From contig JAVBKL010000008.1 of the NCBI GenBank assembly GCA_031554055.1, positions 49 through 64,048 on the forward strand: a DNA stretch of 64,000 nucleotides, given 5' to 3'. The stretch comes from Eubacteriales bacterium. Lineage in GTDB: Bacteria; Bacillota; Clostridia; Lachnospirales; JAVBKL01. A model generated the notes under the pieces. That model saw nothing but the letters and a program-made list of their open reading frames with translations. It searched no databases and was not told the DNA's origin. The position numbers and the translations under genes were made by a program. This document shows positions 57,015-64,000 of this stretch, one piece after another; position 1 is the stretch's first letter; each line of letters starts with the position of its first letter.

Positions 57015-58853
57015 ATGCTAAAAAGAATATTCTCAGTTTTCCTTGGTGTTGCCTTGATAGGTACTTTATCCACACAAACCGCTTTCGCAACCACAACAGA
57101 AAAGACCATGACGCTTGATGAAAACTGGCGGCTCTCAAGTGTGCTTGATTTAAGCGTAGACACCATAGTGACAATCGACGGCAAAGGTCAGTTCGAGATT
57201 TTTGAAATGACTGATGCCGCGAAGTTTACAAACACAGGTCTTGGAAAAGTCACACTCAAAGACACCAATCTGTATTCTTTCAATATTCCCTCGGCAAATT
57301 CGCTGGGGGAGCTTTCAGAAAAATTTAGGGCAGCGGCTTTGGCACTCGGCACTGTTTCTGTAACAGGGGAAACCGCTTTTGCCAAAACATATCTGCTCAC
57401 AAAAGCGACGCAAGCCGTGAATAGCAGCAGTTACGCCGTTGAGATTTCAACTTTCGTATATGATGCAACAACAAAGGTGTGGAGCGGTCAACTGGAAGTT
57501 ACTCATAACGGCAACAAAGCAATAAAGACCAACGCAACTGGTAGTTTAACCATCACGCCTCCTACAGTGGTTGTTGGCGGTGGCGGTGGCGGCGGTGGAG
57601 GTGGCAATACGCCCACTCCAACTGCGGCACCAACACCATCTTCTGCCCCAAGCACCGCTGCAGTCAATTCTCATGTGGCTGTGATTGAAACCAAAGTGGT
57701 TACGGAAGTAAAGGACGGCATCGCCACCGCAAACGTGAAGCCTGCAGACGTGGCACAAGCAATTACTGCTGCACAAGAAACCTTAGCAAAAGACAGCACA
57801 CAGGTCATTGCCATCGAACTTTCAGTAAATGTTCCAGAGACAGCAAAATCCTCTGAAATATCTGTCGGTGCAGAAGTGCTTGCGTCCATTGATAAGTTGC
57901 CGCACACAGAAATTATTTTCAATTTAGGCACAACAGGAACCTTTACCATTGATAAAGATATAATCAATACGCTAACCCATGCTGCAAATGATTCGGGTTT
58001 GCCAATTAAGCTTGTATCCGAAAAAATCGAAACTACAACGCTTTCGCAAACGGTACGTGAAGCGGTCGGCGACTCCCCTGTTTTTGATTTTGGCATAACA
58101 GTTGGCAACAAATCTATTTCTGAACTGGGTGGCAAAATAAATATTTCGATTCCATTTAATTTGGGACAAAAAAATCCTGATGCGATGTCCGTGTTTTATA
58201 TTTCGCCAAACGGAAAACTTTCTTACGTAATGGGAAAATATTCGGCTACAGAAAAAGCAATGAAAATGGAGACTTCGCATTTCTCGCAATACGCTTTGCG
58301 TTATAATCCACAAACCTTTAACGATATGGGTGCGAGCTATGCCAAACCTGCCGTCGATTTTCTTTCGGCAAGAGAAATTACAACAGGTGTGGGAGACAGA
58401 AACTTTGCCCCAACGTCAAAAATTAAGCGTGCGGAATTTTTGGTTATGCTCATGCGTGCGTATGCCATTGATGTAAGCGCGGCTCCTACTGATAATTTTG
58501 CTGATTCGCTCAACAGTTATTATTCGCCTTACTTGGCTGTTGCCAAACAAATGGGACTCTCAACTGGCGTGGATGGTGTAAACTTTAATCCACAGCAAGA
58601 AATATCTCGTGAACAAATGTTTACGCTTGTTTACAGGGTTCTTGATAAATTGGGAAAACTTCCAAAGGCACCAGCGGCATCACCGAGCTTTGCAAGCTTT
58701 GCGGATTCCCAAAAAGTTGGTGCGACTTATCAAAACGAAATTAAAACCCTTGTGGAGCGTGGCGTTGTGCAAGGAAGCGGCGGATATATTTATCCAAAAG
58801 ATTCCGCACAAAGGCAAGAGATGGCACAAATTATTTATAACCTGTTAAAATAA
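57015..58853 (+). CDS. secreted SLH-domain cell-surface protein with a Gly/Pro-Thr linker
   Basis: A signal peptide, the linker VVVGGGGGGGGG..NTPTPTAAPTPSSAPS and three C-terminal SLH repeats (AKPAVDFLSAREITTGVGDRNFAP, YLAVAKQMGLSTGVDGVNFNP, EIKTLVERGVVQGSGG). Confidence 0.8.
   Translation: MLKRIFSVFLGVALIGTLSTQTAFATTTEKTMTLDENWRLSSVLDLSVDTIVTIDGKGQFEIFEMTDAAKFTNTGLGKVTLKDTNLYSFNIPSANSLGELSEKFRAAALALGTVSVTGETAFAKTYLLTKATQAVNSSSYAVEISTFVYDATTKVWSGQLEVTHNGNKAIKTNATGSLTITPPTVVVGGGGGGGGGGNTPTPTAAPTPSSAPSTAAVNSHVAVIETKVVTEVKDGIATANVKPADVAQAITAAQETLAKDSTQVIAIELSVNVPETAKSSEISVGAEVLASIDKLPHTEIIFNLGTTGTFTIDKDIINTLTHAANDSGLPIKLVSEKIETTTLSQTVREAVGDSPVFDFGITVGNKSISELGGKINISIPFNLGQKNPDAMSVFYISPNGKLSYVMGKYSATEKAMKMETSHFSQYALRYNPQTFNDMGASYAKPAVDFLSAREITTGVGDRNFAPTSKIKRAEFLVMLMRAYAIDVSAAPTDNFADSLNSYYSPYLAVAKQMGLSTGVDGVNFNPQQEISREQMFTLVYRVLDKLGKLPKAPAASPSFASFADSQKVGATYQNEIKTLVERGVVQGSGGYIYPKDSAQRQEMAQIIYNLLK
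57576..57605 (+). repeat. run of about 10 GGN glycine codons
   Basis: ggc ggt ggc ggt ggc ggc ggt gga ggt ggc, read directly from the sequence. Confidence 0.8.
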
Positions 58854-58971
58854 CACTTGTACTATATACACAAAAACGCACCTCTCGTTTTGTGGATAAT
58901 ATACATTTGCGTCTGGTAACAAATGGTGTACAATTAGCAGTAAGATACCAATATCGTATACTTAAATTTTG

Positions 58972-59005
58972 CGACTTACAAAGTATAACTTTGTAAGTCG
59001 TTTTT
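58972..59005 (+). terminator. rho-independent terminator downstream of the SLH genes
   Basis: CGACTTACAAAG-TATAA-CTTTGTAAGTCG followed by TTTTT. Confidence 0.75.
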
Positions 59006-59041
59006 ACAATCTTGACATCGAAAGAAAACGAGGTGTTTTCC

Positions 59042-61084
59042 TTGCTCTTAATTGCTCATGCACTGATTAATTGTATTGTTATGGCAACCATGGCTTTTTT
59101 GATATACAAATCACGGAAGCGACCCGACGTAACGGCGAGCAAAGAACTGTCCCTTCTGTTATTGGCGGGGCTTGTTGCGGAATTCTTTAGCACGTTGTGC
59201 TTGGTTCAAGGCAGCCCGCCCCTCAAATTTTATTTAAACGAGGCTCGTTTCTTTGGCCTCGCATTTATTGCCCCCGCGACTCTTTTGTTTACGCTTCGGT
59301 TGCTCGGCAAAAAATTTGGAGACAGCAAGAGAAATGTTGCTTTCATTCTTGTCATACCAGTGGCATGCCTGATCGCAATCTGGACAAATCCATTTTTTCA
59401 TTTGTTCCGAAAAGGGATGCATCTAAATTATTTTCACGGCATTTCCTATGTATACGGCGATCAAGCTCCTTTTTTTTGGGTTGAAATGCTATACAACTAT
59501 ATTTTGATTGTTTGTTCGGTTTGCATTATGTTCTTTGAACAGTATAAAAAACCAGCCATGTATCGTGGTCAAATTAATGTCCTGATTTTTAGTATGCTCC
59601 TCACGATGCTCTTTAATGTGTTTATTATTCTTCGCATTATTCCGGATTATGCGGACTTTTCAACCAGTGCATTTGTCTTTGCTGCCTTTTGTTTATACTG
59701 GGGATTGTTCCACTACAAGCCTGTGAGCATGACCAATCAGGCGAAGGACTTAGCACTTTCCTCCATTGACAATGTAATCTTAATATTTGATTACAAAGGC
59801 ATTTTAATCGAACACAATAACAGTGCAAAACAATTGTTTTCACTTGGCGAGCATCTTAATAATAAAGTCACGGTGGACGACTTCTTGCAAAACATACTAC
59901 ACACGACAAAAACTTCTACAGAAAATTTAAGCGGCATACAAGTTCAGTTTCAAAAAAATTATTACGACGTAGACGATAAAAGTATTTATGATAAAAACGG
60001 AAAATTTGCGGGACGTGTGCTTGTGTTTAACGACATAACCAAACTGAAAAGCTCGCTGTTTGCTATAGAGGCGATCGCCAACAACGATTATTTAACAGGG
60101 CTAAAAAATCGTCACTCGTTTTATGCCAAGCTTCGTGAGATGGACAAATCAGAACGAGTTCCGCTTGTGATTGCCTATGGAAATGTTCGCAACATGAAAG
60201 TACTCAATGAAGTTTTTGGCACTGTCTTTGGCGATGAAGTTCTCAAGAAAATTGCGGTTAAGCTACGAGAAGTCTGCGGCAGTTCCGATATTTGTGCTAG
60301 AATCAACGGCGATGAATTTGCTCTTGTTTTCGATTCTAAAACAGAAAATGACGTGCATATTTTGTTAAGCCGAGTTGTATGCGAACTCGAAAACCCAAGC
60401 CAGCACGACACCCACGCAGAACAGAGCGTTCCGATTAAATTTGTATACGGAACCGCTTCAAAATTACAGGCACGTGAAAACATTGATGCTGTCTTGCAAA
60501 ATGCAAGTGACGAGATGAACAAAAATAGGCTGCTCGATGAAAAAAGCACCACAAGCACAAGCGTTTTACATATTAAGCGAATCATGGAGAGCCGTGGCGT
60601 TTATTCTGGTGCCAACGAAGACGAAATCAATGATTTATGTATTCGCCTTGCCAAAGCTTGTGGCTTAACATCTGACACTGAATATGAAAGAATTAAAATT
60701 TTTACCATGATGCACAATGTAGGCAACTTGTCCGTGCCTGAAAATATTTCTAAAAAGACTGGCAGCCTCACAAACAACGAGTGGGAAATTATGAAGTTGC
60801 ATACCGTAAAGGGATACAGGATTGCTCTGTCTATGCCTGTTCTTGGAACAATTGCCAATGAAATTTTGTGCCACCATGAACGTTATGACGGCTTTGGTTA
60901 TCCAAACCGTATGAAAGGCGATGAGATTCCTATTCTTGTGCGAATCTTTACGATTGTGGAGTATTACGTGCGGCACAAAGACCGTGAAAGTGCTCTTGTT
61001 GAGATGCAAGGTTTGGCGAATGCACAGTTTGACCCTAAATTGATGGAGAAGTTTTTAGAGATTATCTTTGCATCAACAATTTGA
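59042..61084 (+). CDS. 7TM-PAS signalling protein with degenerate GGDEF and degenerate HD-GYP domains
   Basis: There is an N-terminal 7-TM block. The GGDEF-like domain has YLTGLKNRHSF, but IAYGNVRNMKVLNEVFGT replaces DxDxFKxxNDxxGH, and the A-site reads NGDEF. The HD-GYP-like domain has MMHNVGNL (HD changed to HN) with an intact HHERYDGFGYP. The start is probably TTG 59042, 6 nt after GAGGTG; the track start is 59012. Confidence 0.75.
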   Translation: MLLIAHALINCIVMATMAFLIYKSRKRPDVTASKELSLLLLAGLVAEFFSTLCLVQGSPPLKFYLNEARFFGLAFIAPATLLFTLRLLGKKFGDSKRNVAFILVIPVACLIAIWTNPFFHLFRKGMHLNYFHGISYVYGDQAPFFWVEMLYNYILIVCSVCIMFFEQYKKPAMYRGQINVLIFSMLLTMLFNVFIILRIIPDYADFSTSAFVFAAFCLYWGLFHYKPVSMTNQAKDLALSSIDNVILIFDYKGILIEHNNSAKQLFSLGEHLNNKVTVDDFLQNILHTTKTSTENLSGIQVQFQKNYYDVDDKSIYDKNGKFAGRVLVFNDITKLKSSLFAIEAIANNDYLTGLKNRHSFYAKLREMDKSERVPLVIAYGNVRNMKVLNEVFGTVFGDEVLKKIAVKLREVCGSSDICARINGDEFALVFDSKTENDVHILLSRVVCELENPSQHDTHAEQSVPIKFVYGTASKLQARENIDAVLQNASDEMNKNRLLDEKSTTSTSVLHIKRIMESRGVYSGANEDEINDLCIRLAKACGLTSDTEYERIKIFTMMHNVGNLSVPENISKKTGSLTNNEWEIMKLHTVKGYRIALSMPVLGTIANEILCHHERYDGFGYPNRMKGDEIPILVRIFTIVEYYVRHKDRESALVEMQGLANAQFDPKLMEKFLEIIFASTI

Positions 61085-61129
61085 TTTTCTGGCATACACT
61101 CTATAGACGCAAAATTGAGGGTGATTTTT

Positions 61130-61527
61130 ATGTCCGACAAAGCCGCCTTATACCTTAGGTTATCCAAGGAAGATGAAAATTCTGGCTCAAATGAATCCGA
61201 GAGTATCCAAAACCAAAAGCTTCTCCTTGTGGACTATGCCATTGCACAGGGCTGGCAAATTTACAAAATATATTCCGACGACGACTATTCGGGGCTTGAT
61301 GCAAATCGCCCCGAATTTTTAAAAATGATTAACGATGCCTCGCTTGGCAAGTTTAACGTGATTTTATGCAAGACTATTTCACGCTTCACAAGGGACATGG
61401 AACTTGTAGAAAAATATATTCATGGCAAGTTTGTGGAATGGGGCATTCGGTTTATCGGCGTTGTTGATAACACCGACACAAATATTCGTGGCGGAAAAAA
61501 AGCCCGACAGATTTATGGTCTAGTCAA
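61130..61527 (+). pseudogene. large serine recombinase, 5' fragment (catalytic resolvase domain), split by an insertion
   Basis: MSDKAALYLRLSKED (catalytic Ser), DDDYSGLDANRPEF, ISRFTRD and KKARQIYGLV. After 61527 the reading frame leaves recombinase-like sequence and stops at 61541-61543. Confidence 0.8.
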
Positions 61528-63070
61528 GAGTAGCTTTTATTAAGGAAGGGTGCTCCATTTTAAACGTAATTTTTATTTGGCGAATGGTTTGACCTTCTCG
61601 GGTCGTGCGTTCGCCAATTTCTATTTGTTTCACAAGTGAAATGAAATCAGCCATTTGGAATACAAACTCTGGGTGCATTTTATTTTCTAAATTTTTTGCC
61701 AGTTTGATTGCAAGTTCCTGACAAGTTTTTTCAGTTTCCATTTGCTTGGTTGCATACTGTTCAAGTAACCCCCTAAACAAATTTTCTGGAAGCAACTGAT
61801 TGTGGTAGTCCTCATAAATTTTAGGAACCATCTTTTTTATTTTTTGCAATTTTAAATTTGCATTTTCCAATTGAAATTGATAGGACGCTTGAAGCCTATT
61901 GTGATCCTCTCCAAGTCTTTGGTTTATTCTATTTTTGTCTAACCTTACCTTTTTGGTTTCCACCTGCAAAGTTTCAGTCACAATTTTTAGCAGTGCATTC
62001 TCATAAATAATATGAGGGCTACAAAAAGCTTTTCCCTGCTTGCTATACCCCGAACAAATAAAAGACGAGTACCTATAAGCCTCGCCACTTTTTAAAACAC
62101 CGTTTTCAGTTTGGTTTCTCATGGTTCGCCCACAACTTCCGCATTTTAGTAAACCCGAAAATAAACTGACTTCTCCATTTTTTTTCTTGCGTGTTCGCAA
62201 CTTGCTGTCCGCAATTTCTTGCACCCTTTTCCATAGCTCTTCGCTGATAATCGGTTCGTGCGTGTTCAGGACTCTTACCCATTCACTCACTGGCTTTTTT
62301 GTGAGCTTGCGTGTCTTATAAGTTTTTGTTCCCTTTTTCATTTGAACCATGTTGCCCCGATAAACTTCATTTTTAAGCATTTGACTGATCGTGCTTACGT
62401 TCCACTCGGTCTCAATATTTGACTTTCTTTTGGTTTGATAATAATAGCTTCTGGGCGAAATAATTTTTTGTTCATTTAAACAATTTGCAATCTCGGTGTA
62501 GCTTGCTCCGCTTGCTCGCAGCTCAAATATTTTTATGACAACACCTTTTGTTTGCTCGTCGATGATTAATTTATATTTATCACTTGAGCTTTTTTTGTAG
62601 CCATACGCCGCATATGTCCCTAAGAACTTTCCGCTTGTAGCCAGCATTTTCTTTACCGCTTTTACCTTTTTACTCGTTTCCCTTGAGTAATGTTCATTAA
62701 ACCAGTTTCGAAACGCCAAGAGATCATCTATTTGCTCCGTTATGGAAATTAACTTGCAGCCATGTGACGGAAAAAATACTTCGGCGAGGTTTCCCACTTC
62801 TAAATAATTTCGCCCAAGTCGTGATAAGTCTTTTACCAACACAATATTGATTTTTCCGCTTACCACATCTGCAAGCATCTGTTTGAGTGCGGGGCGGTCT
62901 TGGTTTGTCCCCGAGAAGCCATCGTCTATGTATGTGTGAACTACGGAGAATTCATGCTCACTTGCATATTGATGCAATAGATTTTTTTGGTTGGTAATGC
63001 TCTCTGATTCAAGATTTATGCTGCCGTCGTCTTTGGATAATCGCACGTAAATTGCGGCTTTGTGTTCCAT
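61520..63070 (-). CDS. large serine recombinase (intact) of the inserted element
   Basis: 516 aa with AAIYVRLSKDD (catalytic Ser), DDGFSGTNQDRPAL, DLSRLGR, a recombinase domain, the zinc ribbon CGSCGRTM...FICSGY...FCSPH and a coiled-coil tail. The last codon and the stop (61520-61525) lie in host flank sequence. Confidence 0.85.
   Translation of the reverse strand: MEHKAAIYVRLSKDDGSINLESESITNQKNLLHQYASEHEFSVVHTYIDDGFSGTNQDRPALKQMLADVVSGKINIVLVKDLSRLGRNYLEVGNLAEVFFPSHGCKLISITEQIDDLLAFRNWFNEHYSRETSKKVKAVKKMLATSGKFLGTYAAYGYKKSSSDKYKLIIDEQTKGVVIKIFELRASGASYTEIANCLNEQKIISPRSYYYQTKRKSNIETEWNVSTISQMLKNEVYRGNMVQMKKGTKTYKTRKLTKKPVSEWVRVLNTHEPIISEELWKRVQEIADSKLRTRKKKNGEVSLFSGLLKCGSCGRTMRNQTENGVLKSGEAYRYSSFICSGYSKQGKAFCSPHIIYENALLKIVTETLQVETKKVRLDKNRINQRLGEDHNRLQASYQFQLENANLKLQKIKKMVPKIYEDYHNQLLPENLFRGLLEQYATKQMETEKTCQELAIKLAKNLENKMHPEFVFQMADFISLVKQIEIGERTTREGQTIRQIKITFKMEHPSLIKATLD
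61540..61552. repeat. left terminal inverted repeat of the mini-element (P' arm)
   Basis: TTAAGGAAGGGTG. The reverse complement of the right repeat is TTAAAGAAGGGTG, a 12 of 13 match. Confidence 0.65.
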
Positions 63071-63085
63071 GTACGCACCCCTACC

Positions 63086-63259
63086 CTAGCTGTTGCCCTT
63101 TGTTTCTGCGATCGCCTTTCGCACGGCAAGTTCTTCGATTGCCTCGCTTAAAGAAATTTCGTTCAAGTACACGCTCGTGACCTCATAAGTCGTCTTCCCA
63201 ATTTTTATTTCTTTTGTTACTTCGAATGGTAATTCCTTCGAACTCATTCTTTGCTCCAT
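63086..63259 (-). CDS. 57-aa hypothetical protein upstream of the element recombinase (possible accessory or directionality factor)
   Basis: My own translation is MEQRMSSKELPFEVTKEIKIGKTTYEVTSVYLNEISLSEAIEELAVRKAIAETKGNS. A GAGGTGAG SD lies upstream. Its stop is 15 nt before the recombinase ATG. It falls below the track size cut-off. Confidence 0.5.
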   Translation of the reverse strand: MEQRMSSKELPFEVTKEIKIGKTTYEVTSVYLNEISLSEAIEELAVRKAIAETKGNS

Positions 63260-63370
63260 ACACTCACCTCAAAATATTGTATGAGCCGCAAAATTTTTAT
63301 ATGACTTCTGACATTTATGGAACTTTTCACTTTTTTTAACGTTTATTTAAATAGTAACACTCCTCTTCTA

Positions 63371-63403
63371 AGAGATGAACGCAATTGGTTCGTCTCTTTT
63401 TTT
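63371..63403 (+). terminator. outward-facing terminator-like hairpin at the right end of the mini-element
   Basis: AGAGATGAAC-GCAATTG-GTTCGTCTCT with one G-U pair, followed by TTTTTT on the plus strand. The element's own genes are on the minus strand. Confidence 0.45.
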
Positions 63404-63413
63404 GTGGCAAATC

Positions 63414-63426
63414 CACCCTTCTTTAA
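63414..63426. repeat. right terminal inverted repeat of the mini-element (P arm)
   Basis: CACCCTTCTTTAA, 12 nt from the flanking AA, mirroring the left repeat. Confidence 0.65.
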
Positions 63427-63438
63427 ATTTTGCTTATC

Positions 63439-64000
63439 AATGAATGGTATTGTGAGGATTTATCAAACAACATTTGTGCCGTTTTTAAAAAGAAAATGGA
63501 AGACGGACAATTCATTGGCTCTTTTGCGGCATATGGCTATAAAAAATCTTTGCACGACAAGCATAAACTTGAGATTGACAGGGATGCAGCCATGGTTGTT
63601 CGGCAAATATTTGCACTGTGTGCCGAGGGAATTGGGAGCACCGAGATTGCAAAAGCCCTTACCAGTCAAAACATCCCCACTCCGACACTTCACAAACAAA
63701 ACAACGGCTTAAATTTTAAAAACCCGAGTGCAGAAAAATATGGCACTTGGTCTGGCAACACGATTAAAAAGATTTTGCGAAACAAAATATATATTGGGGA
63801 GCTTGCACAAGGGAAAGAGCATAAATTAAGTTACAAGAGTTCAAAAATTTTGAAGATACCTGAATCAGAATGGATTGTCATAAAAAATAATCATGAGCCG
63901 ATTATCGATGAACAGCTTTTTATTCTTGCGTCGGAAAAAATGACGGCAAGGCGAAAGCTCAAAACCCCAAGCGCTTCGCCAAAGAAAATTTACCCCTTGT
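63439..64000 (+). pseudogene. large serine recombinase, 3' fragment (recombinase domain), continuing beyond the right edge
   Basis: My own translation is NEWYCEDLSNNICAVFKKKMEDGQFIGSFAAYGYKK...DRDAAMVVRQIFALCAEGIGSTEIAKALTSQNIPTP...WSGNTIKKILRNKIYIGEL...NNHEPIIDEQLF. It is in frame with the 5' fragment once the element is removed. Confidence 0.8.

Larger units (their letters stand above)
61528..63440 (-). mobile_element. 1.9 kb mini-element carrying a large serine recombinase and a 57-aa ORF, inserted in the outer recombinase gene
   Basis: It is flanked by an AA dinucleotide (61526-61527 and 63439-63440). Removing one AA and the element restores ...ARQIYGLV-NEWYCEDLS... in frame. Terminal 13-bp inverted repeats each lie 12 nt from the AA. 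Confidence 0.75.

Noticed and set aside
58869-58894. A weak hairpin directly after the second SLH gene.
   Set aside because: The stem is AU-rich and bulged, with no following T-run. The strong terminator at 58972-59005 explains termination better.
63317-63712. A 131-aa plus-strand track ORF spanning the right element junction.
   Set aside because: It starts in the non-coding end of the mini-element and runs out of frame over the outer recombinase 3' fragment. The recombinase frame, which has no ATG because it is a gene fragment, gives clear family motifs.
1-64000. A search for CRISPR arrays, tRNA/rRNA genes, reverse transcriptases, and nuclease/helicase/ATPase defence islands or toxin-antitoxin pairs.
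   Set aside because: I saw no spaced direct repeats, tRNA-like T-arm motifs, reverse-transcriptase motifs or defence-type gene combinations. The only mobile DNA seen is the recombinase nest at the right end.

Overview
This is a 64 kb chromosomal segment from an AT-rich Firmicutes/Clostridia-type endospore former. That assignment rests on dpaA/dpaB, SLH and copper-amine-oxidase-N wall proteins, GGAGG-type ribosome-binding sites, ATGA/TAATG coupled genes and hairpin-plus-T-run terminators. All calls come from reading the sequence and ORF track by eye; no database search or HMM was run. I support about 50 protein-coding genes and found no rRNA, tRNA or CRISPR array.

Content from left to right:
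- deoD (partial) and deoC.
- A branched two-component c-di-GMP module: CheY, histidine kinase and RR-HD-GYP-like on the minus strand, divergent from RR-GGDEF.
- A ZIP metal transporter and a C39-like peptidase.
- An AgrCA-like LytTR two-component pair with no agrBD.
- Two decayed genes: Trx-MsrA-MsrB with an in-frame TAG, and a chimeric two-component remnant.
- A LacI-controlled oligosaccharide ABC transporter with a GH43 locus.
- A racemase-linked Dlt-like operon: racemase, adenylating enzyme, carrier protein, MBOAT, SGNH-like protein and a lipoprotein.
- A transglutaminase-like surface protein, a uracil permease, NHL and FecR/YDG wall proteins, rlmH and an FkbM methyltransferase.
- Aspartokinase divergent from dpaAB, a CHASE-GGDEF cyclase and a MATE exporter.
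- A PfkB kinase with a class II aldolase.
- An operon of an orphan binding protein, a U32 Fe-S-type protein, a class III aminotransferase and a CHASE4-PAS-GGDEF-EAL protein.
- A Ser/Thr kinase with a GLUG ectodomain, a paralogous secreted GLUG protein and an HTH protein, followed by two large SLH surface proteins.
- A 7TM-PAS protein with degenerate GGDEF and HD-GYP domains.
- A large serine recombinase gene split by a 1.9 kb mini-element that carries its own large serine recombinase.

The three most interesting items are the nested recombinase-in-recombinase element, which has cleanly reconstructable att sites, the racemase-coupled Dlt-like acylation operon, and the GLUG-ectodomain kinase module. 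I saw no recognisable phage-defence system.
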